Shown here: one piece after another, positions 55,779-64,000 of the stretch
Layout: each line of letters begins with the position of its first letter
Position numbering within the stretch: position 1 is the first letter of the stretch
Origin: Eubacterium sp.
GTDB lineage: Bacteria > Bacillota > Clostridia > Lachnospirales > Lachnospiraceae
Reading direction: 5' to 3'
DNA length: 64,000 bases
Assembly (NCBI GenBank): GCA_017433615.1
Contig: JAFRGW010000150.1
Location: forward strand, 17,771 to 81,770
Translations under genes and position numbers: made by a program
Notes under the pieces: model-generated
Database searches by the model: none
What the model was told of the DNA's origin: nothing
Seen by the model: only the letters and a program-made list of their open reading frames with translations

Positions 55779-56588
55779 TTACATCACATCCGCGAAATGC
55801 GGCTGCAGCTTCCGGAATGTACGCATCCCGCCAATCATCAGCAGAACCGTCAGAATCCAGAAATAAGCTGTCAGTCCCGGCCTCTGCCAGAACCACACAT
55901 CATTGATCAGCGCATCCCGGTATCCCATGACAATATAGAACATCGGATTCAGCTTCAGCACCGTCATGACCCAGCCGGGCAGCTGCATTGCGTCGATATT
56001 CCACATGATCGGTGTAAACCAGACGCCAATCTGCAGGACGATGTTGACGATCTGCTGCAGGTCACGGAAGAAAATAACAATGGAACTGGTCCAGTACACG
56101 ATCGCCGTCACAATCAGGATCATTGCGACGGAATAATACAGAATCTGCAGCATATACAGGGTCGGTCTGAAGTGATAAACCGCGTACATCACAAGCGTAA
56201 ATGCAATAAAAAACAGATGCACGAACAGGCTGGAAATCACTTTGACCACCGGCAGCGCGCTGATCTTAAATACAACCTTCTTTACCAGATAGCTGTAATC
56301 CAGCAGTGCCCGCGTCCCCGCATTGACTGCATCTGAAAAATAGAACCACGGCACCAGTCCTGCAATCAGCCAGAGGACATACGGCACCGTAATACCCGCC
56401 TTCGTACCCTGTGTGCCGGCATGCAGGGCTTTCTCAAACACAAACCAATACACGAACACCGTGACCACCGGCTGTACAAAAGCCCAGATAATGCCGAGAT
56501 ACGAACCGGCAAATTTTCTCTTAAAATCATTGCGTGCCAGCGAGCCGATCATCCGCCGGCTCCCCAGCACTTCCTGTGGAATCGTCAT
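55779..56588 (-). CDS. wzm: ABC-2 permease Wzm
   Basis: LARNDFKRKFAGSYLG.IW, FFRD, TPI.W and LNP motifs. Confidence 0.93.
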   Translation of the reverse strand: MTIPQEVLGSRRMIGSLARNDFKRKFAGSYLGIIWAFVQPVVTVFVYWFVFEKALHAGTQGTKAGITVPYVLWLIAGLVPWFYFSDAVNAGTRALLDYSYLVKKVVFKISALPVVKVISSLFVHLFFIAFTLVMYAVYHFRPTLYMLQILYYSVAMILIVTAIVYWTSSIVIFFRDLQQIVNIVLQIGVWFTPIMWNIDAMQLPGWVMTVLKLNPMFYIVMGYRDALINDVWFWQRPGLTAYFWILTVLLMIGGMRTFRKLQPHFADVM

Positions 56589-56608
56589 ACTGTCAATCCT
56601 TTTTTCTG

Positions 56609-57190
56609 TTAGCGTAATCCCTTCTTGCGCAAAAACGCATCATACGAATCATTCACCAGATCCTTCTCCGAAAGGATCAGATCTTCCGCGGACATTCCCT
56701 CCGGCATCGGCCAGTCGACCCCGATCTCCGGGTCATTCCACATCAGGCCGCCCTCATCATTCGGGTGATAAAAATCCGTCACCTTATAGCAGAACTCCGC
56801 ATAGTCCGAAAGCACCAGGAATCCGTGCGCAAAGTTTTTCGGAATAAAGAACTGTTTCTTATTCTCTTCTGAGAGACGCACGCCGAACCATTTTCCATAG
56901 GTCTCGCTGCCGTCACGCAGATCTACCGCAACGTCAAACACCTCTCCCTTAATCACGCGCACCAGCTTATCCTGCGGGAAATTGATCTGGAAATGCAGGC
57001 CGCGCAGAACGCCCTTTCTGGATGCAGACTGATTGTCCTGCACAAACTGGCAGTCAATCCCCTCTGCCGCGAAATCATTGTAATTGTATGTCTCCATAAA
57101 ATAGCCGCGGTGATCCCCGAAGACCGCCGGTTCAATCAGATGCAGTCCCTCGATGCCGCCGCAGTTATGTTCTACTTTGATTTTTCCCAT
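56609..57190 (-). CDS. rmlC: dTDP-4-dehydrorhamnose 3,5-epimerase
   Basis: DHRGYFME, VQDNQS, GVLRGLHFQ, DVAVDLR and FAHGF motifs. Confidence 0.97.
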   Translation of the reverse strand: MGKIKVEHNCGGIEGLHLIEPAVFGDHRGYFMETYNYNDFAAEGIDCQFVQDNQSASRKGVLRGLHFQINFPQDKLVRVIKGEVFDVAVDLRDGSETYGKWFGVRLSEENKKQFFIPKNFAHGFLVLSDYAEFCYKVTDFYHPNDEGGLMWNDPEIGVDWPMPEGMSAEDLILSEKDLVNDSYDAFLRKKGLR

Positions 57191-57210
57191 TTTTTCTCCT
57201 TCTTCTCACT

Positions 57211-57237
57211 GGAAACAGGGGACGGTTCCCTGTCTCC
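57211..57237. repeat. Intergenic imperfect palindrome GGAAACAGGGGACGGTTCCCTGTCTCC (REP-like hairpin)
   Basis: 12-bp stem with one mismatch and one G-U pair around a 3-nt loop; no U-tract. Confidence 0.5.
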
Positions 57238-57245
57238 CTCAAGTT

Positions 57246-58214
57246 TCATTTCATACGAAACAGCGAACAGACCACATCCACCACCCACGCCTTTCTGGAC
57301 TTAATTTCCTGGTAGCGCGGATTCGCGCCCAGCAGGAAGATGTACAGGAAGTTGTGTTGGGTCACAGCACGCACATATTTTTGCATGAATGCTTCTTCTT
57401 TGCGGACTTCCGGATTGGTCTCGCAGATATCCGGATTGATGCGCTTCAGTTCGCGCATGACTGCGCGGTTCTGTCTTGCATCAATTATCCGGTACTGTAC
57501 GGTAAGCTTTTCTTTAAATGACACCTGTGGCGCGAGGCCGAGAGCGTTTCCGCCGTGGATCCGGTAGCGGAACAGCGGATGGTTGTAAAAATACAGTCCG
57601 CTCTTCTCGGATGCGATCAGGTTGATCGACCAGTCATGCGGCAGTTCTGCCGTAAATGTTTCGACAAACCGGTCAGCGATTTCTCTGCGCATGACCTGTG
57701 CGCAGCCCTGGCAGAAGTTGTGAATCAGCAGATGTTCCGTCTTAACACGCACAACTGCATCTTGTTCTACAACACGGTTGTAAAGATTCTGATTGGACCA
57801 TCCGTGCCGCTTTTTGATCTCAAAGCTTTTTCCGTCTCCATCCATCAATGTGAAGGAAGAGGCGAGCACAAGAATCGCCGGATCCCGCTCCAGCATGCCG
57901 CACATGGTTTCAATTTTTTCGGGCAGCCAGGCGTCATCCTGGTCGCAGAGAAACACGTAATCGCCGGTGCAATGGCTTACCGCTTCCCGGAAATTCTTCC
58001 GGTAACCCAGGTTTTTCTCGTTTTGAAAGACCTGAAGCGGAAAATCCGGATATTTTTTCTGGTAATTCTGCAGCACTTCCAGCGTGTTGTCAGGCGAGCG
58101 GTCGTCTACAACAATGACTTCATCTGCAGGCAGGGACTGCGTGCGGATGGAATCCATCTGTTCTTCTATAAATGCCGCACCCTTGTAGGCGGCCATGGCG
58201 ACCGATATTTTCAT
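57246..58214 (-). CDS. GT2 glycosyltransferase (RgpB-like rhamnosyltransferase)
   Basis: MKISVAMAAYKG, DDRS, LCDQDD, HD and YRIHG motifs. Confidence 0.88.
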   Translation of the reverse strand: MKISVAMAAYKGAAFIEEQMDSIRTQSLPADEVIVVDDRSPDNTLEVLQNYQKKYPDFPLQVFQNEKNLGYRKNFREAVSHCTGDYVFLCDQDDAWLPEKIETMCGMLERDPAILVLASSFTLMDGDGKSFEIKKRHGWSNQNLYNRVVEQDAVVRVKTEHLLIHNFCQGCAQVMRREIADRFVETFTAELPHDWSINLIASEKSGLYFYNHPLFRYRIHGGNALGLAPQVSFKEKLTVQYRIIDARQNRAVMRELKRINPDICETNPEVRKEEAFMQKYVRAVTQHNFLYIFLLGANPRYQEIKSRKAWVVDVVCSLFRMK

Positions 58215-58231
58215 GATCCGTGATCTGCTCC

Positions 58232-59155
58232 TTATTCTGCAATCTCACCGACCTCAACCAGATACCGGTGCAGTGCATCCTTCCAGTCCGGCAGCGGTGT
58301 GAATCCATTTGCTGAAAGCTTCGATTTATCCAGACGGCTGTTGAACGGGCGGGCCGCCTTTGACAGTCCGTACTCTTCTGTCGTGACCGGCACAACCTGC
58401 GTTGCCATCCCGGCCTGGCGGTAAATCTCACAGGTAAAATCATACCAGGAAATATATCCGCCCTCGTTGGTTGCATGATAGTATCCGTACTTGTCCGTCT
58501 CAATCATATCAATCAGAAGTCTTGCCAGATCATACGTATAGGTCGGCGTTCCGATCTGATCATTGACAACGCGGACCGTATCATGCGATTTTCCGACATT
58601 CAGCATCGTCTTGATGAAATTCTTGCCGTTCAGGCCAAAGACCCACGCGATCCGGACGATAAAGAATTTTTCAACCAGCTGTGAGACAGCCAGTTCCCCT
58701 TCCAGCTTTGTCTGTCCATAGATATTCAGCGGCTTATAGTCGCGGCAGTCCGGCTCCCACGGCTTCTCACCCTGTCCGTCAAATACATAGTCCGTGCTGA
58801 TGTAAACCATCTTGCAGTCCAGATCCTTGCAGACGGCAGCAATATTGTGTGTCCCGCCGGCATTGATGGCACGAACCTTCGCGACCTTGTCATCATCTTC
58901 CGCGAGATCCACCGCCGTCCATGCAGCACAGTGCACAACCACATCCGGCTGCAGCTCTGTCAGCGCGGCGCGGACTGCATCCGCATCCGTAATATCCAGC
59001 TGCACATACGGCATCGTTGTAACGGCACTTCCGTCCTGCACGCCGCTGTACTGCTCCGCAATATCCGAGCCGATTCCCTCATAGCCGCGCTTCGCCAGCT
59101 CATTCATCACATCGTGACCCAGCTGACCCGCGACACCCGTTACAAACACTTTCAT
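58232..59155 (-). CDS. rmlD: dTDP-4-dehydrorhamnose reductase
   Basis: TGVAGQLG, CAAWTAVD, ISTDYVFDG, YGQTK and DQIGTPT motifs. Confidence 0.97.
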   Translation of the reverse strand: MKVFVTGVAGQLGHDVMNELAKRGYEGIGSDIAEQYSGVQDGSAVTTMPYVQLDITDADAVRAALTELQPDVVVHCAAWTAVDLAEDDDKVAKVRAINAGGTHNIAAVCKDLDCKMVYISTDYVFDGQGEKPWEPDCRDYKPLNIYGQTKLEGELAVSQLVEKFFIVRIAWVFGLNGKNFIKTMLNVGKSHDTVRVVNDQIGTPTYTYDLARLLIDMIETDKYGYYHATNEGGYISWYDFTCEIYRQAGMATQVVPVTTEEYGLSKAARPFNSRLDKSKLSANGFTPLPDWKDALHRYLVEVGEIAE

Positions 59156-59174
59156 TTTCTGTCACCTTTTCTAA

Positions 59175-60194
59175 TTAGCGGTTCCCATACATCTGCTCAT
59201 AATAATTCTGGTATTCACCGGAGATAATCGGCTCCCACCAGCTCTGGTTATCCAGATACCACTGAATGGTCTTCTTGATGCCGTCTGCAAACATCGTCTC
59301 CGGCAGCCAGCCGAGTTCATTGTGAATCTTGGTCGGATCAATTGCATAGCGCATGTCGTGACCCTTGCGGTCTGTGACATAAGTGATCAGACTCTCCGGC
59401 TTGCCAAGTTCTTTGCAAATCAGCTTCACAATGTCGATGTTGCGCATCTCGTTGTGGCCGCCGATATTGTAAACTTCGCCGACACGGCCATTGCGGAACA
59501 CCAGATCGATTGCCTTGCAGTGATCCTCAACATACAGCCAGTCTCTGACATTGAGTCCCTCGCCGTAAACCGGGAGCGGTTTGTCATGCAGGGCGTTGAT
59601 AACCATCAGCGGGATCAGCTTCTCCGGGAAGTGATACGGACCGTAGTTATTGGAGCAGCGGCTGATTGAAACCGGAAGTCCGTAAGTTCTGTGGTAAGCC
59701 AGAACAAGCAGATCAGCAGATGCTTTGGAGCTGCTGTACGGACTGCTGGTGTGAATCGGCGTCTCCTCGGTAAAGAACAGATCCGGGCGGTCCAGCGGCA
59801 GATCACCATATACTTCGTCTGTAGAAACCTGATGATAGCGCTGAATACCGTACTTGCGGCATGCATCCATCATCACTGCCGTACCCATTATATTTGTCTC
59901 CAGGAAGATACCCGGATTCTCAATGGACCGGTCCACGTGGGACTCTGCCGCAAAGTTCACGACAACGTCCGGATGCTCTTCCTCAAACAGATTGTAGATC
60001 GCGTCACGGTCACAGATATCCGCCTTCACAAACCGGAAATTCGGGTTGTCCATCACCGGCGCCAGTGTCGACAGATTACCCGCATAGGTAAGCTTGTCCA
60101 CACAGATGATCCGGTCCTCCGGGTGATTCTTCAGCATATAAAATACAAAGTTGGATCCGATAAAGCCGGCGCCGCCGGTTACGATAATGTTCAT
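59175..60194 (-). CDS. rmlB: dTDP-glucose 4,6-dehydratase
   Basis: [26 protein letters not shown] and YSSSK motifs; start at MNII (60194) after AAGGAG. Confidence 0.97.
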   Translation of the reverse strand: MNIIVTGGAGFIGSNFVFYMLKNHPEDRIICVDKLTYAGNLSTLAPVMDNPNFRFVKADICDRDAIYNLFEEEHPDVVVNFAAESHVDRSIENPGIFLETNIMGTAVMMDACRKYGIQRYHQVSTDEVYGDLPLDRPDLFFTEETPIHTSSPYSSSKASADLLVLAYHRTYGLPVSISRCSNNYGPYHFPEKLIPLMVINALHDKPLPVYGEGLNVRDWLYVEDHCKAIDLVFRNGRVGEVYNIGGHNEMRNIDIVKLICKELGKPESLITYVTDRKGHDMRYAIDPTKIHNELGWLPETMFADGIKKTIQWYLDNQSWWEPIISGEYQNYYEQMYGNR

Positions 60195-60207
60195 AGTCTG
60201 TTTCTCC

Positions 60208-61107
60208 TTATGAATGTAAGATATCCACATATTTTCCATCCAGCACATCCAGCAGATACTGGCCATACTGGTTCTTCTTCAGATCCTCATACTCTTTGAG
60301 CACATCTTCTCTGGTAATCCAGCCCTGCAGATACGCAATTTCTTCAAGACATGCGATCTTGCGGTGCTGGTGGGTCTCGATGGTCTTGACGAAATTCGTC
60401 GCATCTGCGAGACTCTCATGGGTTCCGGTGTCCAGCCAGGTAAATCCTTTGCCGAGCAGTTTGACATTCAGCTCGCCCATCTCCAGATAAATGCGGTTCA
60501 GATCAGTAATTTCCAGCTCTCCGCGTGCAGAAGGCTTCAGATTTTTCGCATATTCCACAACACGGTTGTCGTAGAAATACAGGCCGGTGACACAGTAATT
60601 GCTCTTCGGTTTTGCCGGTTTCTCCTCGATGGATATCGCATGTCCTTCTGCGTCGAATTCAACGATGCCGAAGCGCTCCGGATCTTCGACGTAATAGCCG
60701 AATACGGTCGCGCCTTTTCCGCTCTCGGCATTCTCTTTTGCCTCGCGCAGACGCTTGGTCAGGCCGTTGCCGGCGAAAATGTTATCCCCAAGTACCATCG
60801 CAACGCAGTCATCTCCGATGAATTCCGCGCCCAGAATAAAAGCCTGTGCCAGTCCGTCCGGTGACGGCTGTACCTTGTAGGAAAGTTCCAGACCGAACTG
60901 GTGCCCGTCTCCGAACAGTTCCTGGAAACGCGGCGTATCTGCCGGTGTTGAAATGATCAGAATTTCCCGGATCCCTGCATTCATCAGGACAGACATCGGG
61001 TAATAGATCATCGGCTTGTCGTAAATGGGCAGCAGCTGCTTTGACGTAACCTTTGTCAGCGGATACAGACGTGTGCCGGACCCGCCGGCGAGGATAATAC
61101 CTTTCAT
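60208..61107 (-). CDS. rmlA: Glucose-1-phosphate thymidylyltransferase
   Basis: [33 protein letters not shown] and RGELEITD motifs. Confidence 0.98.
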   Translation of the reverse strand: MKGIILAGGSGTRLYPLTKVTSKQLLPIYDKPMIYYPMSVLMNAGIREILIISTPADTPRFQELFGDGHQFGLELSYKVQPSPDGLAQAFILGAEFIGDDCVAMVLGDNIFAGNGLTKRLREAKENAESGKGATVFGYYVEDPERFGIVEFDAEGHAISIEEKPAKPKSNYCVTGLYFYDNRVVEYAKNLKPSARGELEITDLNRIYLEMGELNVKLLGKGFTWLDTGTHESLADATNFVKTIETHQHRKIACLEEIAYLQGWITREDVLKEYEDLKKNQYGQYLLDVLDGKYVDILHS

Positions 61108-62132
61108 TGCTTATCTCCTTTTCCGTTATTTCCTTCCCAGAAGCTCTTATTCTGGCTGAACCGTTTCACCAGTTTTACAGGCAGACGCCGGTATCTCTTA
61201 CCCAGCAGATATCCGAGGTATTTACATCCGCTCTGCCAGACCAGCGGAAATACCAGCCACGGACGGCCGGCTTTACAGACCTGCCCGGCCACACGCCGGA
61301 CCATCCGGATTCCCTCACCTTCAGAAGGAACATCCCCGAACACTTCCGGATGCTGTGCCTGCGACACTGCAAGATCAAAATTCCTGTGGAACTGCTGTTT
61401 TCCCGTGTAATTATGCGAATGAACAACACGCGCATCAGCCGCATAGGCGATCCCATAGCCTGCGTCAATCAGGCTGCGCGCAAAGATCATGTCCTCGTTA
61501 AAAATCGTATTGTGCGGAAAGCCGCCCTGTTCCAGATAAATCTTACGATCATACATTGCACAGACATTGGAACAAAAAAATGTTTTGATCCCCAGCGTAC
61601 CAAGATCCTCCCTTGTCTTGATTCTGCTTTCTTTTGCATAATTGAATGTGCGGGTGTATTTCTCAAGTGCGCTGCAGTCGATCCGCGGCAGCTGCCGGGC
61701 ATATGCTGCACCAATCCTGACAGAATCATTTTCACCCTTTTCCGGATTTCCTGCCGGTTCGGACACCGTTCTCCCGGAATTTGTGAACTGTTCTGCAAGA
61801 TTTTCGACCAGCCGCCGGTCTGCCGGCAGCGCATCCTGTGTCATGAAAAGCAGCAGATCCGCATCGGACGCGCGTGCCATTCTATGACGCGTTCCGCCGT
61901 GGTCGAATTCTTCTTTCGTGATGTGCTCCACGATCAGTCCCGGATAATCTGATTCAAACTGCGGATCCCATCCATTCTCATCGGTGTTGATGATACGGAC
62001 GTGCGCCGGTTGCATGCTCTGGGCATCAAGCCGCTTGAGCAGTTCTGAGAAAATCCTGCCCGGCTGGTGCGTCGGTATACAGACATCCACCGACAGCAAA
62101 CCTGTATTGTTCATCTCTACTTCAGTATGCAT
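61104..62132 (-). CDS. GT2 rhamnosyltransferase (RfbN/WsaD-like)
   Basis: FDHGGTR, MTQDA, YARQLP, SNVCA, NED and VVHSHNY motifs. Confidence 0.88.
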   Translation of the reverse strand: MHTEVEMNNTGLLSVDVCIPTHQPGRIFSELLKRLDAQSMQPAHVRIINTDENGWDPQFESDYPGLIVEHITKEEFDHGGTRHRMARASDADLLLFMTQDALPADRRLVENLAEQFTNSGRTVSEPAGNPEKGENDSVRIGAAYARQLPRIDCSALEKYTRTFNYAKESRIKTREDLGTLGIKTFFCSNVCAMYDRKIYLEQGGFPHNTIFNEDMIFARSLIDAGYGIAYAADARVVHSHNYTGKQQFHRNFDLAVSQAQHPEVFGDVPSEGEGIRMVRRVAGQVCKAGRPWLVFPLVWQSGCKYLGYLLGKRYRRLPVKLVKRFSQNKSFWEGNNGKGDKQ

Positions 62133-63525
62133 TTTTATTAACGAACCCCCGGAAGAATGTCAGAAACAGAATCTTGAAATCAAGGCTCACGCTCCAGTTT
62201 TCGATATAGTACAGGTCGTACTCGATCCGCTTGGTGATTGAGGTATCACCGCGGTAGCCATGGATCTGTGCCCACCCGGTCATACCGGGACGCACCTGAT
62301 GTTTGACCATGTAGCGCGGGATTTCCTCGCGGAATTTTTCTACAAAAAAAGGCTGTTCCGGCCGCGGTCCGACAAGACTCATCTCACCGCGCAGCACATT
62401 GATCAGCTGCGGCAGCTCGTCCATGCTCGTCCGCCGAAGCAGATTGCCGAACTTCGTGACGCGCGGATCATTTTCCACCGTCCAGTTCGCTTCTTCCTCA
62501 CTGCCGGTGTGATATGTCATCGAGCGGAATTTCAGCATCTCGAATTCTTTGTTGTTCAGTCCGACACGTTTCTGCCGGAAAATCAGCGGTCCCGGGGATG
62601 TCTTCTTGATACCGATGACTGCGATCAGCATAACCGGTGAAAACAGTACGAGTGCCACAACCGCGCCGAAAATATCAATGATTCGTTTTACAAACGCGTT
62701 AAAGGAATTCGACAGCGGCACGTAGCGGATGTTGACAATCGGAAGTCCCAGCACATCCTCTGTGTAAGGCCTTGTCGGAATGATTTTGTAATAATCCGGC
62801 ACAAACTGCGTGTGGATACCGGACTTCTCGCACTCCGAAACCAGATGTTCCAGTTTGTCGTACTCACGCAGATTCAGCGTGATCGCTATTTCATCGACCT
62901 TATCTGTATTCAGAAATTCATTCAGATCAGAGGTTTTGCCGAGAATCCGGACGCCCCGGTAAGCCGTCCCTTTCTCCATCGAATCATCCAGAATACCGCG
63001 TACCTTGTAACCCCACTCTGTATTTGCAATGACGCGGTCAATGTACTGTTCTGCCGCATGGCTGTATCCGACCAGCAGAATTTTCTTCAGCGTACGTGTA
63101 CTGCGCAGCTTTCGCCGCATATAAATATGCACAAAGTTGCGGGCAACGGCATCCAGCAGAATATTCAGAACGAAGAACAGAAACAGCATATTCCGCGCGA
63201 AATGCTGCTGCTTGATCAGATACAGAACCAGAATAATCATCAGCAGCCCGATGATATTCGCTTTCAGCAGATTGGTGAGCTCATGTTTGCGCCGCTGAAT
63301 CCGGGAGACATCATAGAGATAACATGCATAGTAGATAAAAAGATAAGACGGCACGATCAGCAGCAGCGCAATGACATAGTAGCGCAGCGGCAGTGTCCGT
63401 ACCGTACTTGTGAAAAGTGATGTGCGGAAACGAAGGTTCCACGCAAACAGATACGCTGCCACAATCAGCACCGCATCGATCAGGATCTGCATTCGTACTC
63501 TTGCATTCTGATTATTTTTATTCAC
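62122..63525 (-). CDS. Undecaprenyl-phosphate glucose phosphotransferase (WcaJ-like)
   Basis: N-terminal TMs; KRIID, KFRSM, DELPQ, MSLVGPRPE and PGMTGWAQIHGYRGDT motifs. Confidence 0.95.
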   Translation of the reverse strand: MNKNNQNARVRMQILIDAVLIVAAYLFAWNLRFRTSLFTSTVRTLPLRYYVIALLLIVPSYLFIYYACYLYDVSRIQRRKHELTNLLKANIIGLLMIILVLYLIKQQHFARNMLFLFFVLNILLDAVARNFVHIYMRRKLRSTRTLKKILLVGYSHAAEQYIDRVIANTEWGYKVRGILDDSMEKGTAYRGVRILGKTSDLNEFLNTDKVDEIAITLNLREYDKLEHLVSECEKSGIHTQFVPDYYKIIPTRPYTEDVLGLPIVNIRYVPLSNSFNAFVKRIIDIFGAVVALVLFSPVMLIAVIGIKKTSPGPLIFRQKRVGLNNKEFEMLKFRSMTYHTGSEEEANWTVENDPRVTKFGNLLRRTSMDELPQLINVLRGEMSLVGPRPEQPFFVEKFREEIPRYMVKHQVRPGMTGWAQIHGYRGDTSITKRIEYDLYYIENWSVSLDFKILFLTFFRGFVNKNAY

Positions 63526-63562
63526 GTAATCAACCTCACGTCATCCAGCACATAGATAGTTT

Positions 63563-63591
63563 ATTATAACATAAATCACTTATACTGTGAA
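63563..63591 (-). promoter_or_regulatory. Promoter TTCACA-N17-TATAAT with extended TG (TGTTATAAT)
   Basis: Read on the minus strand about 40 nt upstream of GTG 63525; the -35 lies in the 3' end of the upstream gene. Confidence 0.75.
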
Positions 63592-64000
63592 GTTTCCGCC
63601 CTGCGTTTAACCACTTGTCCCACATACTCGCCGAAGTTTGCAAGCAGATCCCCCTGAATCAGCAGCAGCCGGCGGAGCGGAATCTTTGTAAAATCAACGC
63701 GCCTGCACTGATCCCTGTCCCGGAATCCCTCTGCGATCCCTTCACGAAATGCTTTCCCAAGACCTTTTCGTAAAAAGAAAACATATTTGACCGCCATGCC
63801 GCATGCAATCGGCAGCGCATTGAGAATCAGCTGCCAGTCCGGCATGTTCTTGTAATTCAGCCAGATGTTGTTGCGGATCGTGAGCCGCACCTTGAATTCG
63901 TTATAGCGGGAGCCGCTGGTTCCGCTGCCCACATGCCAGACAACGGCCTTCGGCGTGTAAATATTTACATACCCGTGAAGTCTTGCGCGGTAGCCGACGT
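63576..64000 (-). CDS. GT2 glycosyltransferase, C-terminal part (starts beyond right edge)
   Basis: Open frame from the edge reads (D)VGYRARLHGYVNIYTPKAVVWHVGSGTSGSRYN...RNN, a typical GT2 C-terminus. Confidence 0.85.
   Translation of the reverse strand, partial: VGYRARLHGYVNIYTPKAVVWHVGSGTSGSRYNEFKVRLTIRNNIWLNYKNMPDWQLILNALPIACGMAVKYVFFLRKGLGKAFREGIAEGFRDRDQCRRVDFTKIPLRRLLLIQGDLLANFGEYVGQVVKRRAETSQYK

Noticed and set aside
59175-60266. Long N-terminal extensions in the ORF track (rmlB, licD, SGNH 4023 and 7949, ligase 1881, SDR 22998)
   Set aside because: Downstream ATGs fit better (RBS, translational coupling or family-typical N-termini); the extensions overlap neighbouring genes, promoters or leader regions.

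Overview
The whole 64 kb window is one cell-envelope glycopolymer super-locus, almost entirely on the minus strand. It probably comes from a Clostridia/Lachnospiraceae-type Bacillota genome (inferred from sigma-A promoters, strong RBSs and gene families) and runs off both window ends. From right to left it holds four parts. (i) A rhamnan-type unit: WcaJ-like priming transferase, rmlABDC, several GT2s, Wzm/Wzt with a C-terminal carbohydrate-binding extension, a degenerate methyltransferase-kinase-GT2-GT2 fusion, Cps2T-like, LicD and Stealth genes. (ii) A second unit with its own promoter, priming transferase, ABC exporter, tagD and five TagF-like domains. One of these proteins (1469 aa) has the TagF + HAD phosphatase + phosphoribosyltransferase layout of the Hib capsule polymerase Bcs3, and a CDP-alditol gene pair lies nearby. 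(iii) An AT-rich GtrA/GtrB/YfhO cassette. (iv) Decoration modules: GT2/Wzx/GT-C/LtaS-like genes, a pyruvyltransferase coupled to an FeS FrhB-like reductase, and an ACP-MBOAT-SGNH-adenylation Dlt-like acyl relay. No rRNA, tRNA, CRISPR array or transposase was seen. All family calls come from motif recognition by eye, not database searches.
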